From the NCBI GenBank assembly GCA_951406725.2, contig OX597819.1, positions 125,240,001 through 125,304,000 on the forward strand: 64,000 nt of DNA, given 5' to 3'. This document shows positions 52,541 through 64,000 of this stretch, piece by piece. The number at the start of each line of letters is the position of its first letter. Within the stretch, counting starts at the first letter, position 1. The position numbers and the translations under genes were made by a program. The notes under the pieces are model-generated. The model saw only the letters and a program-made list of their open reading frames with translations. It had not been told where the DNA came from and did not search any database. The DNA is from Octopus vulgaris. Lineage: Eukaryota.

Positions 52541-52799
52541 CATTATCAGTAATAATATCAGTAATAATAATAATGTAATATCAGTAATAATAATAATAAT
52601 GATAATAATGATGGTCACTCCCATAGATTTCAACATATGAGTGTTTGAAGGAAAAGATTTTATTTAGCCATCACCCTGTTATAATGAATGTAAACAATGT
52701 TTGTATATACAATATATTCATGAATAGAAAAGCAGACAACCGCTATCTGGAGAGGAACTTAGCAAGTACAGATACATGGTACTACATATTCTAAAAGAA

Positions 52800-53031
52800 G
52801 GCAGCGAGCTGGCAGAATTGTTAGCACGCCGGGTGAAATGCTTAGCAGTATTTCGTCTGCCGCTACGTTCTGAGTTCAAATTCCACCGAGGTCAACTTTG
52901 CCTTTCATCCTTTCGGGGTCAATTAAATAAGTACCAGTTACGCACTGCGGTTGATATAATTGACTTAATCCGTTTGTCTGTCCTTGTTTGTCCTCTCTGT
53001 GTTTAGCCCCTTGTGGGGAGTAAAGAAATAG
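52800..53031 (+). mobile_element. SINE family B
   Basis: Full copy; GGTACTAYATATTCTAA on both flanks. Confidence 0.85.
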
Positions 53032-53576
53032 GTACTATATATTCTAATATTAATTAAAAAATATTTTTTTTAATAATATTTTTGTTGTTTTTGTAAAATC
53101 TCAGAAAATAATTAAGAATTTACATTTTTTGTCAAATTATTTGTCTATTTATCCAATTGTAAACATTTTAAATATTTCACTAACTTTTTGCTATAACTTG
53201 GCAAAAGGGTATATTTTTTGCCAAAAATTGCTAAATTTGTTCCCACAGTCTTCTTTATCCACGACCAGAATCGTAAACTTTCTCTTGAAAATATTTCAAA
53301 CTGGTCCAAAGTTGAGAGTTTGGCAGAGACAGATTTGTCACAAGGTTGGGATGTTTGCTCTGGAAACCTAAGTATTCCACCTGTCCAAACTTCATGAAAT
53401 CGTTCTTAACTTATTCTCTTTCGTTATTATTTTGAAATAAAAAAAAAAGAGGGTTAAAAATAAAAGAAGCTGCATCTATTTGCAGTGGATGCATGAATGT
53501 AATTTTAGTCCAGGGATGGATTTGGCTATGAAATCATAATGGGGACACTGATGGTTTTGATTTTCCAATTCAAGCT

Positions 53577-54122
53577 GATAGGAAGAGAAGGAAGGAATTT
53601 CAACCGTGTTTCGTGGTCTGCTACCACAACAGCTCCTTTATAGGATCCAGTTAGCTCAAGACATCATCAGGAGGAACCACGTCCAGTTTCGGCCCCTACT
53701 TCTCTACCATTTTGACGTGGTGGCCCCCCCCCCTTTTGGAGGTGTCTTCAGCTCTGGTGTTGGGTGCATGTCTTCTTTCTTCTGTTCCCTGGCCTCTTCG
53801 ATGTATCGTCAGCGAGTATCAGCTGGTGACTGACTGACTTGTCAAATATTTCCCTTTAAATACCTGCCACTAGGCTCCAGCAGGCAGCCCCAGCAAGTTG
53901 TCACGTGACACTGTCTCCCCTTAACTGACCAGTGAAGGCGCGTAGTCTTAGCCCACACATTCTATAAATGACCGTCACCTGTCAGTCACACCAGAGCTGA
54001 AGACACCTCAGCCGAAACCAGACATAGTTCCTCCTGATGATATCTTGAGCTAACTGGATCCTATAAAGGAGCTGTTGTGGTAGCAGACCAAGAAACACGG
54101 TTGTAATTCCGATAGGAAGAGA
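53577..54122. mobile_element. Same pLTR-like element as an inverted pair with target duplication
   Basis: Full copy on - (53594-53987) joined to a partial copy on + (53988-54110); GATAGGAAGAGA at 53577-88 and 54111-22. Confidence 0.65.
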
Positions 54123-54239
54123 GAAAATAATAAACCAGATATAACAATAATGGACAAAGAAAAGCAAAGTTGCTTCCTACTTGGTCCATCATGTCTATTT
54201 TAATCCAGGACTGTAAAGAAAGGAGACAAAATTTTTTTT

Positions 54240-54525
54240 CAAAAATACAGTCCCTTAAAATTTGAAATAGTGAGAATTTGTAATATGAAAACGGTAAAGG
54301 TTGTGCCTGTAATAACTAGTGTCAATATCAACATAGACAGATGGTTAAAAGAGATTAGAATGGAATGTCCTGTTGAGCTTCTGCAGAAAGTTTGTCTCTT
54401 AGGAAGAGTAAAAATTATCAAAAGGGTTTTGAGGAAAGCTTATGGATATCTCACGTTACAAATAGTAACCCTCTACCCACATAAATTTTACCCAAATCAA
54501 GTCAAATAATAATAATAATAATAAT
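54240..54525 (+). mobile_element. Degenerate R4/Dong 3' fragment
   Basis: KYSPLKFEIVRICNMKTVKVVPVI...LLQKVCLLGRVKIIKRVL, homologous to the C-terminus at 43240-43440; ends in (TAA)n. Confidence 0.65.
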
Positions 54526-54661
54526 TGCACACACATACACAAGATGTGTGTGTGTTGTTAGTTTGTATGTATACACCTTGTGTTATTGTATTCAACATAC
54601 ACATGATGTGTATGTGTGTTCAATTTTGTTTATATACCTTGAGCTGCTTCTAATTCATATT

Positions 54662-54702
<41 letters not shown>

Positions 54703-54704
<2 letters not shown>

Positions 54705-55258
54705 CCCTGATGCAGTACCAGACAGTGGCTCTCATGGCTTCTGATCTTAACAGATTGGAAGTGTTATCATGTACATTGTTTTGTCTTGGTATAAAAGATG
54801 GGCTACAGAAACTATTCTGCTCAATACCACAGATTTAGTTGCCAGTTGTTTGACTTTAACCAGTTGAGCATGTCCCTTAGTGGCTGACGATATGTGCATC
54901 TCTGATCACGAGCAGAAGTAGTGGGGGAGCATCATAGCCATGTGTTGAGAGGGATTCTTTGGGGTTTGAATAATTCACCTCTGGAAACATGGGTGTTTTG
55001 TTCAACATCCTTAAACAACCCTTATTCAGGGACCTTTTGAGCAGGATGGGCTACTCGACCTGAAGAAAATTCTAACAGGGCCCCACCTGCAAGGTCATGT
55101 GCTGTTTATCTTGATATGAGATCACCATGTCACGCACACATGGTTGTGATGCATGTGCCTAGTGTACTCTTATCAGACGGGTAGTCATGGTGGGTATACT
55201 GGGCTTCATATATTTTACCCTAGTGTCACTTTGATGGCATGCACTGCTCTCTCACTCA
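54703..55258 (-). mobile_element. Repeat family D, longer copy embedded in (AAT)n
   Basis: Flanked on both sides by (AAT)n; no ORF; matches 30544-30880. Confidence 0.7.
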
Positions 55259-56027
55259 ATAATAATTATAATAATAATAATGATAATAATAATTTACTTT
55301 ATCAGTCCCAGGGAGGGTAGAAGATGAAAAAGTGCAAGACTTATAATGGATTACACTGTACAACATATGAAATAGTGCCAAAGTAGAGTATGAAAAGGTT
55401 CAAAATCTCTTCTAGTTTACCACTTCTTTTAGTTAAGGTGAGGAGAGTGCCAAAAGTGTATCCTGGACACTGAGAACCCTTGGTATGGCACTGAATAATA
55501 CAAAAAAGTTTTAAGTCCATATAGCATTAGGAGAAGAATTTTCAGGCATTTTGGGGGGTCAAGTCTTGTTGCCGAGAAAGAGGAAGTTTTTTTGTTTGTT
55601 TGTTTCTTTCTGAAATGGCAGACTTAAAAAATTTCATATTTCACAAATAAAAAAAGGTTTTGCCAAGAGTTGGACTTGTTTTGTAAGCAACTTGATCAGT
55701 GTATTGAAACTAGAATGATTACATCATGGAAGAGCTATTTCAGTCATCTAAAAGCACACGTAAACTATTCTATTTAATTTTCATGTGATGGCATGTCAAA
55801 AGTTTCAATGTACCATTGCAACCTGATCACTGACATAATTCCACTTCAGCAGTTTTCAGATGACTAAAATGGCTTCTCCCATTTTCTACTATTGTGTAAC
55901 ACTTCATACACAGTTTTGCTGTGAAGATTTATTTAGGTTACAACCAATTCCAGTTGCATTTTATGTATTCCCATTAACTCGCATCCACTAAAATCATCTA
56001 AATTGGTTTCAAGCATTTATAGTGCAG

Positions 56028-56074
<47 letters not shown>

Positions 56075-56183
56075 CTTTCTATCTATCTATATATATATAT
56101 ATATATATATCCATCTATCTATCTATCTATCTATCTATCTCTTTCTATCTATCTATCTCTTTCTATCTATCTATCTATCTCTT

Positions 56184-56242
<59 letters not shown>

Positions 56243-56344
56243 CTTTCTATCTATCTATATATATATATATATCTATCCTATCTATCTATCTATCTATCTA
56301 TCTCTTTCTATCTATCTATCTCTTTCTATCTATCTATCTATTCT

Positions 56345-56394
<50 letters not shown>

Positions 56395-56414
56395 CATCTA
56401 TCTATCTATCTATC
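56028..56414. repeat. (TATC)n tetranucleotide repeat
   Basis: Direct reading. Confidence 0.95.
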
Positions 56415-58042
56415 TTTTGTGTGTGTGTGTGTGTAATGTATATATTCATGTTTATATTGCAACATTTGAGTATGGGAAGAATCATTGTACAGTTGTATTT
56501 TAAGGGTGTATAAGTATTTATGCATTACTTTTATCAAGTTGTTATATTATTTTAGTAAGTTTCTTTTGTTTATTTTTATTTTTTTTTTTTTTTGCTTATT
56601 GTTTTGGTATTATACATAAGACAGAAATAGAGCTATTTCGTTATCTGCTTTTGGTACATAATAATCTCTGCTGAATAAAATAGTTGTACACAGTTTTAAA
56701 CAGTGAATTACATCTCTCCATCTTACCTATTTTACTCTGTAGAAAAATACCATCATCATTATCAACATCTAACATGTATTGTCCATGCTGGCATGAGAGA
56801 CTCTAGAATAGTGCCATATTTTTAATATTTTATAAGAAAAATGTAAATTTGATGTAACAGAACTTTGGAATGAATTTACAAACACTTACTTGATGGCTAA
56901 TAAATGCCTGTGGAAATGCCTGGGCCGATTGCAAGCTGCACACCCAGCACTAAACACAATTTGAATGCAGTGGTTGATGGTTGTTGGCACCAGGATAAGA
57001 GTTGTGTCTGTTAATTCAATCTACTATTTTGGTTAGGACCTTCATGAAGATGTGTGTTTGGGGCTGTGTCATCACTCAACCTGTTAGAAATAGCAACCAA
57101 ATCACCTTATTTTATTTCACAGAATAAGAAGTATATTTTAAGTGATGAGATCTTTTTTTCTGTGATCCAAACTGAGTAAGAATTGGAAGAAGAATAACAG
57201 CAGATCTTTGCATGGGTTATTTTTTAATACTTGAAATATTTCAAACGACTGACATCGTAATAGCCAAATCAAAGTTCGTTGGAGAAATTTGACATTTATA
57301 TCAGGAAGAAGACATCTGTAATAATAAATCTGTTAGTTCAAAAAAAAAGAACCTTAAAAGTAGTTATAATCTGTTTTGATAGTTTTTCCACAGGTACAAG
57401 CTCCTTGTAACATTATAGGAGAATGGTCAATTCTCAACTTGAAGCCCTCAATCAATCAACAAAACATTCACCCTCCTAGACAAAAATGAAACTGAGATTT
57501 GAATACTGATTTCATCCTTCTCTGGGATCTTTCTCCCTTAAGAGTGAATGGACTTCCATACCATTGGTCAGTTTAGGTTTGAACTGTAACCCAACATGAG
57601 CTTTCATGTTGCTGCTGCCACTTTTCACAAAGTCACTGAAATGACCTCTTCAGGAACTGAGTATATAGATATCCTAGGTTGCCTAGATGCCAAATTCTTC
57701 TTCTGGCCTTGCTGGTGTGGTCCAAAGGAGTAGAATAGTACATTTGGCACCAGTTTGGCAGCAGGAGTTGCTGGAAGAGATTGGTTTGAATATCAGACGG
57801 CCTTCAGAGTTCCACTTGGAATTTGTTATATGGTTTACTCCTTAGTCTTTGTCTCATAAAACAGTGAACCTTTAACTGAAGCTCCATAACTCTAGGCAGG
57901 AACTCATACCAAGTATTGTCAACCAGAGTCAGCTAAGCCCAGGATTCATGTCAGGCAAAGTCACCACACCCCAAAGCAGTGACTAAGGTCACCAACAACT
58001 AACTTACCTAAAGAAATTGAAACAATCATCTTCAAAAACTAA

Positions 58043-58414
58043 ATCATCATCATCTCATCATTCGTTTTCCGTGCTAGCATGGGTTGGATAATTCGACCGG
58101 GGTCTGGGAAGCCAGGAGGCTGCACCAAGCTCCAGTCTGGTCTGGCAGTGTTTCTACAGCTGGATGCCCTTCCTAACGCCAACCACTCCGTGAGTGTAGT
58201 GTGTGCTTTTTACATGCCACCGGCACAGGTGCCAGGGGAGGCTGGCAATGGCCACGATCGGTTGGTGCTTTTTATGTGTCACCAGTACGGAAGCCAGTCA
58301 AGGTGGCGCTGGCATTGGCCTCGTACGGATGGTGCTTTTTACGTGCCACCGGCACAGGTGCCAGGGGAGGCTGGCAACGCGGCCACAATCGGTTGGTGGT
58401 TTTTACATGCCACT
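58043..58414 (-). mobile_element. Retroposon family A
   Basis: Three to four subrepeats. Confidence 0.85.
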
Positions 58415-59154
58415 GACGGTGCACTGCAGCACAGTGATGTTTAATTTAAAGTAACTAGGTGGGCTAAAAATTTTTAAGCTATAACTTAATTTAGGAAATC
58501 AATATTAGTTCTTGAGTGTCTTGAAAAATGTGTTATTTATAATTTTGTTTAACACATGTATTACTACTAAACAATAAGCAATGATTTTTTAAAATATATT
58601 TTCCCTACAAAGTGTTCCACTCTTTAATTAATCCTAAGTGTGCCACAAAATCAAAACGATTGTGAACAACTGCTGATGAAAGACCTAATTTTATATAGAT
58701 CTATACAACTAAATGCAAATATGCTTGCTATTGCTGTTTGAGTTCCTCTACAATACTATAATGCCTTGTTTTATATACTTTTCCTCTCCTGCAAATATTG
58801 ATATTACAGAATGGAATAAGCTAATAGCTCAAATTGCTAAATTCTACACAGTCTAGGGAAACATTAATGCTTACATCACACTAAGGGATGCGATCTCTTT
58901 AGATTATAAATAAATGTAAATGGCAGGAAGATTCTATTTTCCATCGCAATTTATATATGTTTAATGATAAATCATCTGCATACTTGTATCGAGGGCATAC
59001 TTGTATCAAGGCAATATAGTTTATACTTTCATTGATCACACACTAATGGTTCTTTTTCCTCCTTTTTGATATCAGTTGGAAGATTCATGTTGACTTGTGA
59101 AAGGGGTCATAACTCCTTAAAATATTATAAAACATAGAGCTTATAGTTGTGGAA

Positions 59155-59706
59155 TCATCATCATCGTTTAACGTCCGCTTTCCATGCTAGCATGGGTTGG
59201 ACGAATGACTGAGGACTGGTGAACCAGATGGCTGCACCAGGCTTCAATCTTGATCTGGCAGAGTTTCTACAGCTGGATGCCCTTCCTAACGCCAACCACT
59301 CCGAGAGTGTAGTGTGTGCTTTTACATGCCACCAGCACGGGGGCCAGTCAGGTGGTACAGGCAACGACCTCGCTCGAATCTTTTTACACATGCCACCAGC
59401 ACAGGTACCAGTAAGACGATGCTGGTAACAATCACACTCATATGGTGCGTTTTACATGCCACCAGCACGGAAGCCAGTTAGCCGCTCTGGCAATGATCAC
59501 ACTCGGATGGTGCTCTTAATACCCTACTAGCACGGGGCTCGAGTGCCAGTAAGGCGATGCTGATAACGATCACGCTCGAATGGTACCATTTAAGTGCCAC
59601 TGGCATGGAAGCCAGTTAGCCGTTCTGTCAATGATCACACTCGTATGGTGCTCTTTGCACCCTGCCTGCATGGACGTCAGCCATCAAATTTGTTTTTGAT
59701 TTTGAT
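59155..59706 (-). mobile_element. Retroposon family A, longest copy
   Basis: About six subrepeats and an (AAATCA)-type head. Confidence 0.85.
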
Positions 59707-60262
59707 GATTGACAAGATATATTTGAAATAGCTTTAATTGTCATCTCATCATCATCGTTATCATCATCCCCGAGAACTACGTTAAGGGTGCACATGTCTG
59801 TGGAGTGCTGAGCCACTTACACGTTAATTTCACAAGCAGGCTGTTCCGTTGATTCGGATCAACCGGAACCCTCATCGTCGTAACCGACGGAGTGCTTCCA
59901 TCCATCCATATACTAAAAGCAAAAATCCTCAAGAGTTTGAAATAAGCCCTTTAGTTTTTTAAAAGCATTTTCAAAAACACCCAATATAAATTATTTATAC
60001 AGGATAATAATCATTGTTGTGAAACTGCTACATCAGATAAGAGTATAAAGTGTCTCTGTTCATTCATCTTTCAAATAATTGTTCATTTTTACAGCTGAAA
60101 CTATATAAATACTTCTGACATTAGTACTCGGTATAAATAGAAAGAGCACACAAAAAGAAGTTTTTAGTCACTATCATACTTCTGAGCAATTCAATACCAA
60201 ATCTTTCTTAGCATTTTGAGAATTTTGTAAAAGACAATATACAAAAATGAACAAATAAATTA

Positions 60263-60675
60263 GGGATCTTTTCGGTTTGACCGGCAGTTTTTTAAAATAA
60301 TTTCCATGTAACTAAACACTTTTAAACTTCGTATACTGGTAGAATGTGTTTATAAAACATCATTTCTCTTGGCTTTATTGAGAAAATTCTATAGTTTTTG
60401 TAAGATATTTGTTGTTTTTTTCTTCAATTTCTGCTATTTCAACCAATCAATGATGTCTATTGAGGTGAAAGCATTCTGTGCTGTATTGAAAATGTCCCTC
60501 GTTTAAGAAACAGATTGAGTTTATTTATATTTCTGAAGAAAAAAAGATACCCTTCCTCCCACCCCTAACCCTAACACAAATTGAAATGCAATAGATCGAT
60601 ACTAGGGTCATAATTATGGGTGACAATTTCATATGGCACCACCAGAAAAAACTGCCATTCAACCAAAAAGATCCT
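60263..60675 (+). mobile_element. TIR MITE (GGGATC ends), copy 2
   Basis: Colinear with 21555-21964; flanked by AAATTA on both sides (possible 6-bp TSD). Confidence 0.85.
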
Positions 60676-60882
60676 AAATTAGTTATCTTCTTTATTGGGT
60701 TTATAATATAGAATTTTATAGAATAATGTGTTGAGCATCCTTGGAAAGGGGAATTCTAAACAGAATACAGAATAATCAGAGAAACTGAAGAATAAGCAAT
60801 ATTTGTCAAATATATAATGGATTTTAAACCCTGCAACATTAAGTATTGAGTAAATTGACCAAAGGAAGAGCTTATCTATAAA

Positions 60883-61252
60883 TCTCTCTCTATATATAAA
60901 CGGCAAAATGTCTGTCTGTGTGTGTGTCTTTTATACAAATCCACAATTTTTCAGTTAGAGGGCTCGCACTTTCTATGGTCATTCAAAACCGTCCAAGGAT
61001 GGTCGTGCACATCTTTACATTTCCCCAGTCACCCCGCAAAGCCATTAAAAAATCAATAGAAGTGACTTTTTTGTGAATTTTCTATCCAAAACCCAATCAA
61101 AATGCCCAAAACTTGATACGTCAATTGAATGCCAGCTAGCTGTATGTGATTGGTCGGAGATCTGGACAGTACTCACATGTATGTGCGCATGCATGCAGCT
61201 GTATATGTATGCACTAGCACTATGACTCCGCAACACCAGGTCATAGTGCTAG
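60883..61252 (+). mobile_element. Non-autonomous Helitron, copy 2
   Basis: Same body as 13686-14033; terminal palindrome ACTAGCACTATGAC...GTCATAGTGCTAGT. Confidence 0.75.
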
Positions 61253-61685
61253 TTCATAACTAAAAAACTTGTAAAAAGTGTGTGGAAAATTCTTTCTTAT
61301 GTAATATATGGAGAATGATGAAGTTATTTCCAACTATCACCTCCTAGTTAATCCATTTATTAATATTATTGGTTAATTTTATTTATTATGAGTGAAATAT
61401 CATCAAAGTTTATTGTCATTATCATCATAACCATCATCATTTTAACATCCACATTTCCAGTCTTTTCATTGAAGCAAATTTTCTTTTCTTGGATACCCTC
61501 CCTGTTTTTCTGGGTTATTGCCCTGCAAGGGATTCTAATTGAATCAATATTAGCAGAACTTAATTCTGAAAGAGAAGAGACTAAATATATTATTCAATGC
61601 CCTAAATTAATAAATAATTATGATTGCTAACTGAAGGCACAAAGGCCATATTTTGAGGTAAAGTGTACTTAATTGAACTGAAACA

Positions 61686-62239
61686 ATTATTTGAATTAGA
61701 AATATTAAATTTCTAAATATCTCAGTGAGATATGAGCAGTTGTGGAACGATAGAGCGGTCGTATACTGTCAACTTAATGTGACAGTTCCGTAGAGGGAAT
61801 TACACCACTGCTATTTAGCCCTAGGAAGCATCAACGCTTCCTGTCGGCTTTGACACATTTCCTGTGTCGTTATATTTGCGAAGGGGAGACAAGTACCCAC
61901 ACCAGCTAGGGCCAGCATCCAGAGACATGCATGTTTCTGAGTCTTGCTCATCATCAGTCTAGGGTAGCATGGCCCTGCTAGTTGAAGATGCTTGTAAAAC
62001 TTTCGCAAATATATATATTTTCAGTGAAGTTTATTCACTGATCACCAAAATTAGAAATATTAAATTTCTAAATATCTCAGAGAGATATGAGCGGTGGTGG
62101 AACGATATAGTGGTTGTATACTGTCAACTTAATGTGACAGTCTCGTAAAGGGAATCACACCACTGCTATTTAGCCCTAGGAGGCATTGATGCTTCCTGTC
62201 GGCTTTGACACATTTCCTGTGTCCTTATATTATTTGAAT
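61686..62239 (-). mobile_element. Retrozyme-like element (about 1.5 tandem 355-bp units with hammerhead)
   Basis: 61694-61876 is repeated at 62049-62231 (period 355); hammerhead in the unique part; flanking direct repeat ATTATTTGAAT at 61686-96 and 62229-39; no meaningful ORF. Confidence 0.75.
61904..61980 (-). ncRNA. Type I hammerhead ribozyme
   Basis: Minus strand reads CUAGA-CUGAUGA-UGAG caaga CUCA-GAAA-C AUGCAU G-UC^UCUGG. Core boxes intact, stem I extended by AGGGCCA/UGGCCCU, predicted cleavage between 61924 and 61923. Confidence 0.85.
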
Positions 62240-62838
62240 GCTGCTTATTTTAACAACCCTGAAAAGATGAAAGGGAAAGTGCATATTTGGCAGAGTTTGA
62301 ACATGGAGGGTGAAGGAATATTATTAAATACTGTGAAGCATTTAATCTGACACTCTACTGATTCTTTTTATCCAGCAAGACAAGTATATAGTAACAAAAA
62401 GATTATGATGAGCATCTGAGTTTCTTAATTTAAATGTTTTACAGGTCTCTTCATTAGTTTTTTGCTTCACCAGACCAACCATTGTTATAGAAAAAGATTA
62501 TTGATGACAACAAGAAGGACTGTATGATTTCCATCTGTAATATCACTTTTAAGTCAAGTTATTTATAGCATTGAAATGGATGGGTCAAATCTGTAGTCCT
62601 GCTTCTTTCCATCTGTATTGAGCCTGTGCTGTCTCATTTGTAAGATATATCTCTCAAACTGATCTAATTACATCTTTCCCATGTATATAGATGTGTATGT
62701 AGTATAAAAGAGGGAAAGAGAAATGAGTTCTGAAATAATATATATATATATAAGTAAATAAATGGAGTTGAAGCTACCCTGGTAACTGTTTATTGAATTT
62801 TCCATGTTAACGGTAAACAAAGGATAATTCATTCATCC

Positions 62839-62872
<34 letters not shown>

Positions 62873-63145
62873 TTATCATCAACGTCATTGTTTTGCATCC
62901 ATTTTTCCAAGATGACATGTTGTTAGCTAGGTCACTTTTAATACAACGTCTCTCCATTTGTCTGTCACATCAGCTCTCATTACTGCACACATCTTCACTC
63001 GGAAAGAGAAACTGTTAATGGCCAGAAGAGTTAACAGCTTTCATGCATCCATCCATCCATCCATCCATCCACCCTTCTATACATTCATGCATCCTGATAT
63101 ACAGAGAGGCAAAGGCATGTAGTTCACTTCATAACCATTTGGCTT

Positions 63146-63510
63146 CACTTGACTTGACTTGAGGCAGCATTCATCCGGGGTGGGTTGAGCTGGCTTCATT
63201 CATCCTCAATGCTGCATCTCTCACAAACGCAGACCAGACCTGGCGATTTGAGGCTAACAACCATGTGATCTCCAACCACTCTTTATTCCAGCGGTGAACG
63301 CCGTAAATATGGGGGCCTAGGTTGGGTACCAGATCAGCCTTGACTGTCATCAGCCAGGTTTTTCGTTGTCCACCACATCACTTTCGCCAACCCTGAAGAG
63401 GAGCTGGGGCAATTGCTTCGTAGATGAATTCTTCTGGTTGACGGCATGAGGAATATTCTCCTTCAAATATTCCTCATCTACATCGCACCTTCTTCATTTG
63501 GCTTCCAGTT
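63146..63510 (-). mobile_element. RTE-clade LINE 3' end
   Basis: Minus strand GGQRKTWLMTVKADL...WNKEWLE...ASNRQVWSAFVRD, then a short (CAAGT)n tail. Confidence 0.7.
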
Positions 63511-64000
63511 ACATCCCTCTGTACAGCATACCTTGGGCAAGTGTCAACCAACCAACACCTTATGACTGAAATTGATAGGCAGAAACTCTCAAAACACAAT
63601 GAATACTTCCTTTTTTTAAAATGCTTATTTTCTGGGGTTTTTTTTTTAACAAAAATTAGTAATATATAAATAAATGAAAAAATGTAATTAACTTAACTAC
63701 ATGTTTAAAAATCTGTGTCTAGAAGTTTATCACCATTAATTCTAATGGTATATCAATATCCTGTACCTTTCACAGAATAAAATAACATTCTGTCTCACAC
63801 ATTTGTTGAAATTTAAGTTCTCATATTTCTCTTGATCAGCTAAATTTGCTTTCTTTTTACACACACCCTATTTCTTCTTATTACTTCTTTTTTTCTAATC
63901 TTTCCTCTCTGTCTAACTTCCTTTTTTTAAAACACTTCATGTTTGATATTTTATCAAAAAAGTTGGGGGTTTTTTTACAAAAAAAAAATGCGTAAAATAT

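Noticed and set aside
57392-57410. Acceptor-like TTTTTCCACAG as the next RhoGEF exon (also 62444)
   Set aside because: The phase-0 frame stops within a few codons; the next exon is probably beyond the window.

Overview
AT-rich eukaryotic (animal) genomic DNA. The SINE and microsatellite landscape strongly suggests a cephalopod, probably Octopus (inference from repeat-family recognition, not a search). The only host protein-coding content is four phase-compatible internal exons on the + strand (4622-4869, 7898-8036, 13555-13677, 51922-52119). They splice into a spectrin-repeat region of a Sec14/spectrin RhoGEF (PLEKHG4/ARHGEF40 or MCF2L/Dbs type) and include a 38-kb intron. The rest is intronic: several SINE families, relics of R4/Dong, HERO, CR1 and RTE LINEs, Tc1/maT transposons, piggyBac-type and other MITEs, Helitron derivatives, a 5S rRNA pseudogene and long microsatellites. 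The standout is a retrozyme-like insertion (61686-62239): about 1.5 tandem copies of a highly structured 355-bp unit, flanked by an 11-bp duplication, carrying a well-formed type I hammerhead ribozyme on the - strand. Several Penelope-pLTR-like relics with hammerhead-like motifs also occur, one with an unusual interlocking pseudoknot. Two candidate in-frame alternative first exons lie in the long intron. Repeat boundaries were read by eye and may be off by several bases.
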